From a virus, in IMG/VR virus record IMGVR_UViG_3300042691_008527, positions 1 to 64,000 of that record: 64,000 nt of DNA. One strand, written 5' to 3'. The translations under genes were made by a program, and so were the position numbers. Under the pieces are notes generated by a model. That model was not told the DNA's origin, searched no databases, and saw nothing but the letters and a program-made list of their open reading frames with translations. Below are positions 14,887 through 25,141 of the stretch, piece after piece (position 1 is the first letter of the stretch; the number at the start of each line of letters is the position of its first letter).

Positions 14887-16172
14887 AAATAGGCAACTCT
14901 GCTTCTTCATTTTTAAACGCCAATACAGATAGTTTTAATAGGGCTAATGATCCTACATCTCTTGGAATTTCTGATCGTGGAATTAGGTGGGGTGCTGTAA
15001 GAGATACCTGGCAAGTACTAGACAATGAAGCATATTCTGCAGCAAATCAAGCCTCATATGCTTTGGCAGCTGGTAGTGTCGGTATAAATAATATTAATTC
15101 TAGAATTGTAATACCAGACGGTACTTCTGGAGCAGGTTTGGCATTTTGGGTAGAAGATGCAAATAACTGGTATGGTGTATTCCCATATTATAATCAAACA
15201 GGAACTGCTGGATGCTTTGGTAGTGTCGTATATAATAATTCTGGTGCTTGTGGTGGATGTCCTACTACTAGTTATAGCTATCAAGTATGCGATGTTTATA
15301 GTACAGACACTTCTAGCGGTTGCTGTAGCGGCATAACTAATGTTGCATCATCTACATATTGTGCTGGACCTTCCATTACTGGTCCTACATCAACTGGTGT
15401 AATTACACCCGCTGGATGTTGCCCTGGGACTGCAACAACGTCTACATCATCTACTTGTACAACTGGTGGAACTGGGAATGTTTGTAATACTGAAACCACA
15501 TATGTAGAGTCTTGTTCTGGAAGCCAGCTATTTTGTTATCATAGTGGTGGTGGATGTACGCCGTCTGGATGTGGTGGTTGCTATGTCTATGATAGTGGAC
15601 AAACAACATACTATACTTCTACATGTTCATACTCTGGACAATTTGTTAGTGGCAATGCCCCAGGTTGCGGTACATTCGGTGATCAGTGTGATTTTCCAGG
15701 TCAAGTATTTTCATTAACATGTTATGCTAGATATTGTTTTCAGCCAGTATATGAGCCAGTATATACTTATTATTATACTACGCTATACTATACTGTATCT
15801 TGTTCTCAAACACAATATACTAGCCCAGGATATTCATATTGCTATAAGCCAAGGACAGAGAGTGGATATTATTGTAATCCCTATACGACTACAATAACTA
15901 CTACCTATGCTTATAAAGTAATAAAGATGGTTTCTGGTGTAGTTACAGAAATAGCTACTGTAACAGTACCTTCTGCTATACTAGGATTAAGGGCCCAAAC
16001 AAATGGTACCTCAATAAATATAACTGCATATTCTGATGTTAATCTTTCTAACATTATTGGACAGAGTAGCTATTCTGAGCTTTCTGCTACAAGAGGTGTT
16101 GGAGTTGGGGTACTATATGCTCCAACGCTGTATAATGGTTCATCAGTGTTAGATAATTTTGGAGTGGAGTAA
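14883..16172 (+). CDS. Tip protein with a 24-Cys insertion
   Basis: DSFNRAN beta-domain halves flank a Cys/Tyr/Thr-rich core. Confidence 0.7.
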   Translation: MKIGNSASSFLNANTDSFNRANDPTSLGISDRGIRWGAVRDTWQVLDNEAYSAANQASYALAAGSVGINNINSRIVIPDGTSGAGLAFWVEDANNWYGVFPYYNQTGTAGCFGSVVYNNSGACGGCPTTSYSYQVCDVYSTDTSSGCCSGITNVASSTYCAGPSITGPTSTGVITPAGCCPGTATTSTSSTCTTGGTGNVCNTETTYVESCSGSQLFCYHSGGGCTPSGCGGCYVYDSGQTTYYTSTCSYSGQFVSGNAPGCGTFGDQCDFPGQVFSLTCYARYCFQPVYEPVYTYYYTTLYYTVSCSQTQYTSPGYSYCYKPRTESGYYCNPYTTTITTTYAYKVIKMVSGVVTEIATVTVPSAILGLRAQTNGTSINITAYSDVNLSNIIGQSSYSELSATRGVGVGVLYAPTLYNGSSVLDNFGVE

Positions 16173-16407
16173 CATGGAAAAAGGTGCAAGACCGTGGGAT
16201 ATTTTTAATAGAAATATTAAAAAGGTAGATGCAAGTATAGGTGATGAAAGAATGGAGATTTGTAATGCATGTCCATTTTTAATACAGGCGACTAAAACAT
16301 GTACGAAATGCGGATGCTTTATGACTGCTAAAACAAAACTTCCGCATGCTTCATGTCCAGAAGGAAAATGGGGAGCTATCAAGATCTCTTTGAAAGAGGA
16401 TATGTGA
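16159..16407 (+). CDS. Small Cys-rich protein (DUF6171-like)
   Basis: RMEICNACP...CTKCGCFM..K.....SCPEGKW. Confidence 0.75.
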   Translation: MEWSNMEKGARPWDIFNRNIKKVDASIGDERMEICNACPFLIQATKTCTKCGCFMTAKTKLPHASCPEGKWGAIKISLKEDM

Positions 16408-16598
16408 TGAATAATATTGCTTTTGTAATTGATGAAGAAATTGTTTCTGTAGTTAACTGTGACGATCAACACGCTGCGGTTTTGTTATCTGAGCCAATTA
16501 TGGTTGATATCACGGATATGCCAAATGTTCATATAGGTTGGAAATATATTAATGGACAGCTTATCGCCCCAGAAATGCCAAGACCTGTAAATTCATAA
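16407..16598 (+). CDS. Small fibre-associated or assembly protein
   Basis: MNNIAFVIDEEIV...IGWKYING; start overlaps the upstream stop. Confidence 0.65.
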   Translation: MNNIAFVIDEEIVSVVNCDDQHAAVLLSEPIMVDITDMPNVHIGWKYINGQLIAPEMPRPVNS

Positions 16599-16608
16599 TT
16601 TTAAATAT

Positions 16609-16652
16609 AAAAAATACCCCCCGCTTTTAAACAGGGGGTATTTTATTTTTTT
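16609..16652. terminator. Bidirectional intrinsic terminator
   Basis: AAAATACCCCC/GGGGGTATTTT between convergent genes. Confidence 0.85.
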
Positions 16653-16655
16653 ATA

Positions 16656-17234
16656 TTATGCAGGGAACTTTTTCATCCACTGCTTAGTTCTTGGAGTCAT
16701 ACCTTTCCAGGCAGTCCAATTTTTACCCCCAGCGCTCATATGATATGCAACCTGTGCATTAATGACAGGGTTCAGCAATTCGCTGGAAAAATTAATACCA
16801 TATTTTTCTCTACGATCGGGACCAAGCATTCCAATCATATTGATTTGGAAAATACCAAAAGAACTGTCTCCAGTATTTGAATTTCCATTAAATGCCAATG
16901 GTCTTCCATTAGATTCTTTTTTTGCTACAGCCCAAGCCTTCTTGAGACCTTCCCCACGAAAACCGACGGCATGTAAAAGTTTCTTCAACTCTCTATCAGT
17001 CAAGCTGGTAGCATTCTGAAATTTATGAAGGTCGTTGAGATCTTTTTTGACCCTAACTAAGCTTTTAGGCTTAGAAACCAAAAAAACCGCCTTAGCGGTC
17101 TTATCAGCAACTACCTTGGTTTCCTGTTTAATAAAATTATTCTCTGAGCTAAGGGCATTAGCCTTATTAGCCAAGATAGCAACTGCAAAAACAGTAGCCA
17201 AGACTCCAATCAGAAATTTTTGATCTTGCTTCAT
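16656..17234 (-). CDS. Secreted lysozyme-like (lytic transglycosylase) protein
   Basis: Signal or TM N-terminus; AVAKKESNG, SFGIFQIN, NPVINA, WTAW; ATG 17234 after AGGAGG. Confidence 0.8.
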   Translation of the reverse strand: MKQDQKFLIGVLATVFAVAILANKANALSSENNFIKQETKVVADKTAKAVFLVSKPKSLVRVKKDLNDLHKFQNATSLTDRELKKLLHAVGFRGEGLKKAWAVAKKESNGRPLAFNGNSNTGDSSFGIFQINMIGMLGPDRREKYGINFSSELLNPVINAQVAYHMSAGGKNWTAWKGMTPRTKQWMKKFPA

Positions 17235-17282
17235 ACTTTTTCCTCCTAGAAACAAAAAACACCTTTTCGGGTGTTAAGTATT

Positions 17283-17311
17283 AGTATAACACCTAAAAAT
17301 ATTATTGTCAA
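17283..17311 (-). promoter_or_regulatory. SigA promoter for the lysozyme-like gene
   Basis: TTGACA-17-TATACT. Confidence 0.75.
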
Positions 17312-17375
17312 ACCAGTTTACGCATGAGTAGGAAAACTTTTTTATTAATTTTGAGCGTGGTATAATTAAATCACT

Positions 17376-18863
17376 ATGGCATCAGGCTTTACACCTACAT
17401 ATCTTATCCCTTATCCACTGCCTACAGATCCAGTCAATGTGGCTTCTGATATGGAAGAAATGGCTGATAGGTTAGAAACTTTATTCACAAATACCGTTCA
17501 GCTATCTGCTGCCAATATATTTACAAATACAAATATTTTTAGTGTTAACTCTTCCTCTGCCGCAGTTAGAATTACACAGGTAGGATCAGGAAATGCCTTC
17601 CTCGTTGAAGATGATGCCAATCCAGACACTAGTGCTTTCGTTATTACAAATGCTGGAGATGTCGGTATTGGAAAGTTATCTCCACAAGAAAAAGTTGATG
17701 TAATAGGAAATATTAAACTAAGCGGTAATCTTATTTTTGAGGGTACTGATGATACTTATGAATTATCATTTGCATACACAGATCCGACAGCAGATAGAAC
17801 TATTACTCTGCCAGATGTAACAGGAACAGTTATAACAAATGGTAATTTGACAGATATTACTACAGTTGGTACTGTGATTGCTGGTTTGTGGAATGCATCA
17901 ACTATTGGTGCAAATTATGGTGGCACTGGTATAAGTACATATTTAACTGGAGATATTTTATATTCTAGCTCAACCAATGTTTTGTCAAAGCTGGCTATTG
18001 GAACATCTGGACAGGTGTTAAGAGTTTCTTCTGGCGGTATACCAGAATGGGCAACAATTTCTGTATCTGCTGCAACACCCACCGTAGCTGGAACAGTATT
18101 TGGATATACAAATGCAGTTGGTGGAAATATTGGTCTTGGATATAGCGCTCTTGGTAGTCAGTCAGCATCAAATGATGAACATATAGCAATTGGATATGAG
18201 GCTCTTTCATCAATAACAAATACCGCATTTGCAGATGTTATGGTTGGATATAGGTCTGGATATGGTCTAACTACTGGCGATTATAATATCGGCATCGGAG
18301 GATTTAATTTTTGGGGAACAACTACTGGAAGCTATAATATAGCAATCGGTTACGAAACACTTCCAGCTTATGCAGTGGGAGGTTTAACATCTAGTCATAA
18401 CATATTTATTGGGCATACATCTGGATATAATGCTGCATCAACTATTGTTGACAATGTTTCTGTAGGTAACGGAAATTTGTATGCTTATCAGGGAGCATAT
18501 ACGGTAGCTATTGGTAATGGAGCTCTTGCAGCAAGCACAACGGGGAATGAAAATACTGCAGTAGGATTTTATGCTGGAGGAGCGATAACAACTGGTGCAC
18601 AAAATACTCTTCTAGGATCACGAGCTGCCAATGATGGTGGTGGACCAAATATAGAGTTAACAACTGGATCTAACAATATTATTATTGGATATGAGTCTGC
18701 CCCTACCTCTTCATCTGTATCAAACGAAATAACTATCGGAAATGCATCTAATAATAGGTTTAGAGTTCCAGGCCTTGGTATTGATTGGACACCAGCAACA
18801 GTTCCTAGTGGATCTGGTGGAGGAGCTTCTCTTTCACAAGTTTTTATGTTGATGGGTGCATAG
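17376..18863 (+). CDS. Tail fibre with trimeric-autotransporter-like N-x-A-I-G repeats
   Basis: IPYP N-terminus, PTADRTITLPD, NIAIG/NTAVG repeats, C-terminal FMLMGA. Confidence 0.8.
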   Translation: MASGFTPTYLIPYPLPTDPVNVASDMEEMADRLETLFTNTVQLSAANIFTNTNIFSVNSSSAAVRITQVGSGNAFLVEDDANPDTSAFVITNAGDVGIGKLSPQEKVDVIGNIKLSGNLIFEGTDDTYELSFAYTDPTADRTITLPDVTGTVITNGNLTDITTVGTVIAGLWNASTIGANYGGTGISTYLTGDILYSSSTNVLSKLAIGTSGQVLRVSSGGIPEWATISVSAATPTVAGTVFGYTNAVGGNIGLGYSALGSQSASNDEHIAIGYEALSSITNTAFADVMVGYRSGYGLTTGDYNIGIGGFNFWGTTTGSYNIAIGYETLPAYAVGGLTSSHNIFIGHTSGYNAASTIVDNVSVGNGNLYAYQGAYTVAIGNGALAASTTGNENTAVGFYAGGAITTGAQNTLLGSRAANDGGGPNIELTTGSNNIIIGYESAPTSSSVSNEITIGNASNNRFRVPGLGIDWTPATVPSGSGGGASLSQVFMLMGA

Positions 18864-18887
18864 TGTATAATAGATCAGGAGGAAAAT

Positions 18888-19127
18888 ATGTCTGAAGAAA
18901 TTTTAACAAAGATTGTAGTTGATTGTTCTACTGGAGAACAAAAGGTGGTTCCTCTTACCCCAGCAGAAATTGCACAGAGGGATCAAGATGCAGCTGCATT
19001 TGCAGAAGCAGAAGCTGCACGAAAAGCAGAGGAAGATAGAATTGCTGCTCTTAAAGAGTCAGCCAAAAAGAAACTAATTGCGGGAACAAAGCTTACTGCT
19101 GAAGAAGCAGAAGTATTGGTAATTTAA
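18888..19127 (+). CDS. Fibre-associated small protein
   Basis: VDCSTGE...KLTAEEA. Confidence 0.7.
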   Translation: MSEEILTKIVVDCSTGEQKVVPLTPAEIAQRDQDAAAFAEAEAARKAEEDRIAALKESAKKKLIAGTKLTAEEAEVLVI

Positions 19128-19137
19128 GGAGAATATA

Positions 19138-19521
19138 ATGGCACACTTTGCAGAAGTAGACGAAAATAATATTGTTACTCGTGTACTAGTTGTTGGAGAT
19201 GATCAAGAGCATCGTGGACATGACTTTCTTGCTAATGACCTTGGTCTTGGCGGTACATGGATTAAAACTTCATACAATACATTAGCTGGACAACATACTA
19301 AGGGTGGAACACCACTTAGATATAATTATGCTGGTATTGGTTATACTTGGGATCCAGGGTTTGGTGAAGATGGAGCATTTATTCCACCAAAGCCTTTTGA
19401 TTCTTGGCTACTTGATAATAATACTGCAACATGGAATCCACCAGTTGCTTATCCAAATGATGGAAAGCTTTATAGTTGGAATGAAAAAGACGGTACTTGG
19501 GATGAGGTTGTAGCAGAGTAA
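19138..19521 (+). CDS. Fibre-associated protein
   Basis: MAHFAEVDENNIV...TSYN...RYNYAGIGY...FIPPKP. Confidence 0.75.
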   Translation: MAHFAEVDENNIVTRVLVVGDDQEHRGHDFLANDLGLGGTWIKTSYNTLAGQHTKGGTPLRYNYAGIGYTWDPGFGEDGAFIPPKPFDSWLLDNNTATWNPPVAYPNDGKLYSWNEKDGTWDEVVAE

Positions 19522-19883
19522 TGGCAACAGCATACAAGGTATTAGGACAAACTGGATCATCTGGAAATTTTGGTAATGGTGCACAAACATTAACAGCTAA
19601 TACAAATACAAATGTTTACACAGTTCCAGCAGCAACAGAAACAGTTGTTTCTACTATCACGGTATGCAATCAGGCATCTACTGCAGCTACTTTTAGAATT
19701 GCTGTAAGACCAGATGGTGCTGCTATTGCAACGCAACACTATCTTGCGTATGATACCCCAATTGCTGCAAACGATACTGTTGGCTTAACACTTGGTATTA
19801 CAATAAATGCTGCTGATATTATTACAGTTTATGCTTCTGCAGCAACAATGTCATTCTCAGTCTTCGGCTCTGAAACAACGTAA
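19521..19883 (+). CDS. Virion beta-sandwich protein
   Basis: MATAYKVLGQ...YTVPA...FSVFGSE. Confidence 0.75.
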   Translation: MATAYKVLGQTGSSGNFGNGAQTLTANTNTNVYTVPAATETVVSTITVCNQASTAATFRIAVRPDGAAIATQHYLAYDTPIAANDTVGLTLGITINAADIITVYASAATMSFSVFGSETT

Positions 19884-19895
19884 GGGGGTAGGCTA

Positions 19896-20483
19896 ATGTC
19901 AGTTAGCAGATTTTCCCAATCATCTTTACAAAATGGTTTTGAAAAATTTAATACCATTTGGGATGGAAAAACTGCTGTTGGCTCAATGGAAGCCATCAGT
20001 TCTGTTACTTTGTCTAGTACTCTTGGATCTGTTAGCTTTAATAATATACCGCAAACATATCAACACTTAGAGCTTAGGACAATGGCTCTTGGAAGTAGCT
20101 CAAATCAGGATATTTTAATTAGATTTGGGTCTTCATCAACCATAGACTCAGGATCTAATTATTCTTGGCACGAACTTCGTGGAACTGGAACAAATCCTGT
20201 ATCATCTACTGCAACTCCAAATGCATCTGCATTATATGTTTCATCTAATGCTATAGATTCAGCATTTCCAGATATTTCTATACTTAGTATTGTAGACTAT
20301 TCAAATATAAATAAATATAAAACTCTCAGGGTTTTACGTGGTGGAGATAGAAATGGTAGCGGTACCATGGGTATCTTCAGTGGTAATTGGAGAAGCTTTA
20401 ATGCAATAGATAGTCTATTAATATATGTATCTGGTGGAAGCTTTAATGCAAATTCAACCTTTTCTTTATATGGGATTAAATAA
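19896..20483 (+). CDS. Adhesin cassette 1, subunit A (beta domain only)
   Basis: FNNIPQTYQHLELR...FSLYGIK. Confidence 0.75.
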   Translation: MSVSRFSQSSLQNGFEKFNTIWDGKTAVGSMEAISSVTLSSTLGSVSFNNIPQTYQHLELRTMALGSSSNQDILIRFGSSSTIDSGSNYSWHELRGTGTNPVSSTATPNASALYVSSNAIDSAFPDISILSIVDYSNINKYKTLRVLRGGDRNGSGTMGIFSGNWRSFNAIDSLLIYVSGGSFNANSTFSLYGIK

Positions 20484-21853
20484 TGCCTACATATACACCA
20501 ATACAATCTATCACAACATCTTCAGTATCAACTGAGGTAAACTTTTCTAACATTCCTCAAACTTATCAAGATTTAGTTATTGTTGCTTCAATGAAAGGAA
20601 CTACTGGCACTAACTCTGGAGTTGGTCTTCAGTTTAATGGAGACACCTCATCTCTATATTCGTTTACATATGCTCAGGGAACTGGATCAGCAGCAGAAAC
20701 TGCTAGATTGGCAAACTCATCTAGTATAAATGTTGGTCCAGGAAATGCTGGAATACCAACTGCAAGTAATACTTTTGGTCCATCTGTTTTTAGTATTCAA
20801 AACTATTCGAATACAACAACAAATAAAGCAGTTATGCATAGAGGAAACAATTCAGCCAATATGGTTGGTTTATTGACTGGACTATGGAGGTCAACCTCTG
20901 CAATAACAAGTATAAGATTATTCATTTATGCTGGAAATTTTGATTCTGGATGTACTTTTGATCTTTATGGAATATCGCCAGTTGCAGCACAAGCAACAAA
21001 AGCATCTGGTGGCACAGAGATATATTATGATTCAACATATGCTTACCACGTATTTAAGGGATCTGGAATTTTTACACCAAACCAATCATTAAGTGCTGAT
21101 ATTTTAGTAATAGCTGGTGGAGGTGGAGGAGCTGGAGGAGGTGGAGGAGCTGGAGGACTTCTTGAATGGCAGTCTTGGCCCCTTACGGCACAAAGTTATC
21201 CTGTTGTGGTCGGTGCTGGAGGTCCTGGAGGAACAGATACCTTGCAGGGAGGAAATGGTCAAGACTCTCAATTTGGAACATTAGTTTTAGCAGGAACATA
21301 TCCTCGTGGAGGTGGAGGTGGTGGTGCTATAACCACAAATCTTAGTGGTATTACTGGAGGTTCTGGAGGTGGAGGTGGGCCAGCAGATCTAAGTGCTGGT
21401 TCTGGAGGAAGTGGTTTAGCTCCTGGACAAGGCAATTCTGGCGGTACGGCATTTCAAAGACAAGCAGGAAATGGCGGTGGCGGCGGTGGAGGTGGTTGTG
21501 GAAACCAACCTAGTGGAAGTGCTGGTGGTGTAGGAACTGGTGGAACTGCAACATCTGGTGCTGCTGGAAATGGAGGTAGAGGAGCATTATATTACTCTTC
21601 ATGGGGAGCCGTTACTAATACTGGACATAACGTAGGTGGAACATATTATTATTGTGGTGGTGGAGGCGGTGGATCAAACCTTGCAACTCGTGGTACTGGT
21701 GGTCTTGGCGGTGGAGGAGATGGATATAAGCAAACAGGTCCAGTGCTTGGATCAAGTGGTATGACAAATACAGGAGGCGGTGGTGGCGCAGGATGGAACA
21801 CTACTGGATATAATGGTGGTTCTGGTCTTGTAATTGTGAGGTATCCAAAATGA
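20483..21853 (+). CDS. Adhesin cassette 1, subunit B (beta domain + Gly-rich domain)
   Basis: FSNIPQTYQDLVIV...LYGI, then Gly-rich domain. Confidence 0.75.
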   Translation: MPTYTPIQSITTSSVSTEVNFSNIPQTYQDLVIVASMKGTTGTNSGVGLQFNGDTSSLYSFTYAQGTGSAAETARLANSSSINVGPGNAGIPTASNTFGPSVFSIQNYSNTTTNKAVMHRGNNSANMVGLLTGLWRSTSAITSIRLFIYAGNFDSGCTFDLYGISPVAAQATKASGGTEIYYDSTYAYHVFKGSGIFTPNQSLSADILVIAGGGGGAGGGGGAGGLLEWQSWPLTAQSYPVVVGAGGPGGTDTLQGGNGQDSQFGTLVLAGTYPRGGGGGGAITTNLSGITGGSGGGGGPADLSAGSGGSGLAPGQGNSGGTAFQRQAGNGGGGGGGGCGNQPSGSAGGVGTGGTATSGAAGNGGRGALYYSSWGAVTNTGHNVGGTYYYCGGGGGGSNLATRGTGGLGGGGDGYKQTGPVLGSSGMTNTGGGGGAGWNTTGYNGGSGLVIVRYPK

Positions 21854-23190
21854 GTATAGAAACAATGACAAAGCTTTCTTCATATACGGTTGGTGTTGGA
21901 GGCATATCAGCTATTGATTTTATAAATATACCACAAGAATATACTGATCTTAAAATTGTTATAAGTGGAAGAACTGACGAATCAAGTGATCGCTCTGTTC
22001 CGTATGTTTATTTTAATAGTGATACTTCTGCAACAACAAACTATTCATATAGAAGGCTTTATGGTATAGCATCAATAGCTACAAGTTCTGACAATGGAGC
22101 AGGAGTTATTGGTGGATATATTTCTGGTGCAACTGCTACGGCAGGAGTATTTGGAAATTTAGAATTTTATATTCCTAATTATAGTCAATATATGCAAAAA
22201 AGTATTACATCAGACGGAGTATCTGAAACTAACGCTTCTCCAGCAGGAATAGCCATAACAGCATCTTTATGGAATCAGGTAGCGCCAATAACATCTATAA
22301 AAATATATGCTGGACTAAACACATCTATAAAGTTTGTTCAACATTCTACTGCTACATTATATGGAGTAAAAAATGCTCGTGCTACTGCAGGTAATTCAAT
22401 AAAAGCAACAGGTGGATCAATTAGTTTTGATGGTACATATGTTTATCATACTTTTAATAATAGTGGTAGTTTTATACCTACAGCTGGACTAACTATTGAT
22501 TATTTAGTTGTTGCTGGCGGTGGGGGTGGAGCAAATGGCGGTGGTGGTGCAGGTGGTTTTAGAACATCTGCTGGAACTTCTGGTGCTAACTCTGCTTCAG
22601 AGTCAAAACTATCTTTATTTGCAAATACCCCATATACAGTTACAATTGGCGCAGGTGGAGCACCAGTTGCTTGGGCTAATAGCGGAAATGATGGAAACAA
22701 TTCTGCTTTTAGCACTATAAGTTCTTTAGGTGGTGGAGGTGGTGGTGGTCCAAATGCAGCTGGTAGAAATGGTGGTTCTGGCGGTGGAGCTGGAAATATT
22801 GCAGCGGGTGGTGCACCAGCTGCTGGAAATGGAACTGCTAATCAAGGCTTAGGCGGTGGTGGTGCAGTAAGTAATGGAAATAATCAAAGCGGAGGAGGTG
22901 GCGGCGGCGGAGCAAGTGTTGCTGGAGCTAGTTTTGGCTCTGGTGGTGCTGGTGGAGCTGGACTTGCTTCCACTATCAGTGGACGTTCTATAGTATATGC
23001 TGGTGGTGGCGGTGCAGCAAATATTGCTGGTGCTGGTGGTTCTGGTGGAGGTGGTGCTGGTGGTAGTGGTACTAATGGCGCTGGAATAAATGGAACTGCT
23101 AATACTGGTGGTGGGGGTGGAGGCTCTATTTTTGGTACGCATGGTGCGGGTGGATCTGGAGTAGTAATTATTCGTTACTTAGCACAATGA
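21850..23190 (+). CDS. Adhesin cassette 1, subunit C (beta domain + Gly-rich domain)
   Basis: TVGVGG...FINIPQEYTDL...ATLYGV, then Gly-rich domain. Confidence 0.75.
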   Translation: MSIETMTKLSSYTVGVGGISAIDFINIPQEYTDLKIVISGRTDESSDRSVPYVYFNSDTSATTNYSYRRLYGIASIATSSDNGAGVIGGYISGATATAGVFGNLEFYIPNYSQYMQKSITSDGVSETNASPAGIAITASLWNQVAPITSIKIYAGLNTSIKFVQHSTATLYGVKNARATAGNSIKATGGSISFDGTYVYHTFNNSGSFIPTAGLTIDYLVVAGGGGGANGGGGAGGFRTSAGTSGANSASESKLSLFANTPYTVTIGAGGAPVAWANSGNDGNNSAFSTISSLGGGGGGGPNAAGRNGGSGGGAGNIAAGGAPAAGNGTANQGLGGGGAVSNGNNQSGGGGGGGASVAGASFGSGGAGGAGLASTISGRSIVYAGGGGAANIAGAGGSGGGGAGGSGTNGAGINGTANTGGGGGGSIFGTHGAGGSGVVIIRYLAQ

Positions 23191-23225
23191 TATAATAGAC
23201 ATGAAATACTTACTAGGAGAAAAAA

Positions 23226-23819
23226 GTGGCATTTAGAAATCTAAGCACATCAAGTATCTTCACTGGTGTTAAAACTAGTAAGCTATGGGATCAAACCACT
23301 TTTCCAGGTACTTTTGAAAGTATACAGACTGTTTATTTAGCTAGTGCTCAAAGTACTATTTCTTTTACTAATATACCCCAGACTTATTCACATTTACAAA
23401 TTAGAGTACTATCTCGTGACAATAGAGCAGCTACTGCTAATAGTGTTTTTTATCGTATTAATGGAGATACAGGTTCTAATTATTCCTACCATATTCTTGC
23501 TGGAGATGGTTCAAATACTAGTGCTGGTGCAGCAAGTTCCACTACTTTTACTTATGGAATGATACAAACATCAGCCAGCACAACTTCTAATATATTTACC
23601 GCTGGTATTATAGATATACTTGATTATTCAAACACAAATAAAAATACTACAATTAGAACTCTTCAGGGTTATGATTCTAATGGTAGCGGTCATATAAGGT
23701 TAAATTCTGGTCTTTGGATGAATACTGCTGCTGTAACCTCATTTTTAATTTATGCTGATGCTAGCGCTAATTTTGTAGCAAATTCACATTTTGCGTTATA
23801 TGGAATTAGGAGCGCATAA
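23226..23819 (+). CDS. Adhesin cassette 2, subunit A
   Basis: FTNIPQTYSHLQIR...FALYGIR. Confidence 0.75.
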   Translation: MAFRNLSTSSIFTGVKTSKLWDQTTFPGTFESIQTVYLASAQSTISFTNIPQTYSHLQIRVLSRDNRAATANSVFYRINGDTGSNYSYHILAGDGSNTSAGAASSTTFTYGMIQTSASTTSNIFTAGIIDILDYSNTNKNTTIRTLQGYDSNGSGHIRLNSGLWMNTAAVTSFLIYADASANFVANSHFALYGIRSA

Positions 23820-25141
23820 TGCCAGCAGGAGAAACATATATAAAACTTAGGTCTACTACGCTGAGTAGCACTGCTTCATCTGTGGTTTTTTCTAACATCC
23901 CACAAACATTTACAGACCTTATCATAGTATTCAATGGAACTTTGAGTTCTGGAACAAGCGTTTATGGATTGCGATACAATTCAGATAGTTCAGGCCTTTA
24001 TTCTTGGACTTCGCTTCGTGGTGATGGATCTGCCGCAAGTAGTGCAAGAGACACCAACTCTTCTCGAATTTTATGTGGATGGATTGGAACAAGTCAAGTA
24101 ACTGAAATAATACAGATTCAAAATTATTCAAATAGCACAACGAATAAAACAAACATTACCCGCAACAATTCAACTGTTGCAAGCACTTATGTTTCCGCAA
24201 ACGTTGGTCTATGGAGAAACACTGCTGCAATTACGTCTGTAACTTTATTGCCAGATAGCAGCACGTTTGCCTCTGGCTCTACCTTTACGCTCTACGGCAT
24301 AGCAGCATCTGCTTCACCACAAGCATCTGGTGGAACTATTACAACTGATGGAACATATTGGATACATACATTTACAAGTTCTGGAGTTTTTACCCCAATA
24401 AATGGTTTACAGGATGTTGACTATATGGTTCTTGCTGGTGGAGGCGGAGGAGCAGCAGGTGGTGGTGGTGCGGGGGGTTTACGCTCTACTGTAACAGCTT
24501 CTGGAAGAGGGTCTTCAGTTGAGTCAAGAATAAATTTAAGCCCTGGATCTTATGTTGTAACTGTAGGGGCTGGCGGTAACGGTAACAATTCTTATAGCGG
24601 TGGTGCTGCTACTAAAGCAGGTGACAATGGTAGTGATTCAGTATTTGCAAGCATTACATCTTTAGGCGGCGGCGGTGGTGGTTCTGCTGGAAATAATTCT
24701 TTCCCATATGTAGCAAAGAACGGTGGTTGTGGTGGTGGCGCCTCTTATTCATCAGGAACTGCAAATAGAGGTTTAGGAACAGCTGGACAAGGATATGATG
24801 GTGGTGCAGATACTATTGATGCAGCACCTTACCCTGGTCCTGGCGGTGGTGGTACTGGTCAAGATGGTCAAAGTCCACCAAACTCAAGCACTGCTGGAGC
24901 TGGTGGTAATGGAACCGCAGTAGCTATAAGTGGTTCATCTGTAACTTATGGTGGCGGTGGCGGAGGCGGCGTTTATGGAGGTGGCAGCGGTGGTGCTGGA
25001 GGATCAGGTGGTGGAGGAAGTTTTAGTAATCCAGGAGGAAATGGAACAGTTAATCTTGGCGGAGGTGGAGGAGGTACAGTAAATAATGCTGTTGGAGGTA
25101 ATGGTGGAAGCGGTATTGTAATTGTGAGGTATCCACGATAA
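23819..25141 (+). CDS. Adhesin cassette 2, subunit B
   Basis: FSNIPQTFTDLIIV...TLYGI, then Gly-rich domain. Confidence 0.75.
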   Translation: MPAGETYIKLRSTTLSSTASSVVFSNIPQTFTDLIIVFNGTLSSGTSVYGLRYNSDSSGLYSWTSLRGDGSAASSARDTNSSRILCGWIGTSQVTEIIQIQNYSNSTTNKTNITRNNSTVASTYVSANVGLWRNTAAITSVTLLPDSSTFASGSTFTLYGIAASASPQASGGTITTDGTYWIHTFTSSGVFTPINGLQDVDYMVLAGGGGGAAGGGGAGGLRSTVTASGRGSSVESRINLSPGSYVVTVGAGGNGNNSYSGGAATKAGDNGSDSVFASITSLGGGGGGSAGNNSFPYVAKNGGCGGGASYSSGTANRGLGTAGQGYDGGADTIDAAPYPGPGGGGTGQDGQSPPNSSTAGAGGNGTAVAISGSSVTYGGGGGGGVYGGGSGGAGGSGGGGSFSNPGGNGTVNLGGGGGGTVNNAVGGNGGSGIVIVRYPR

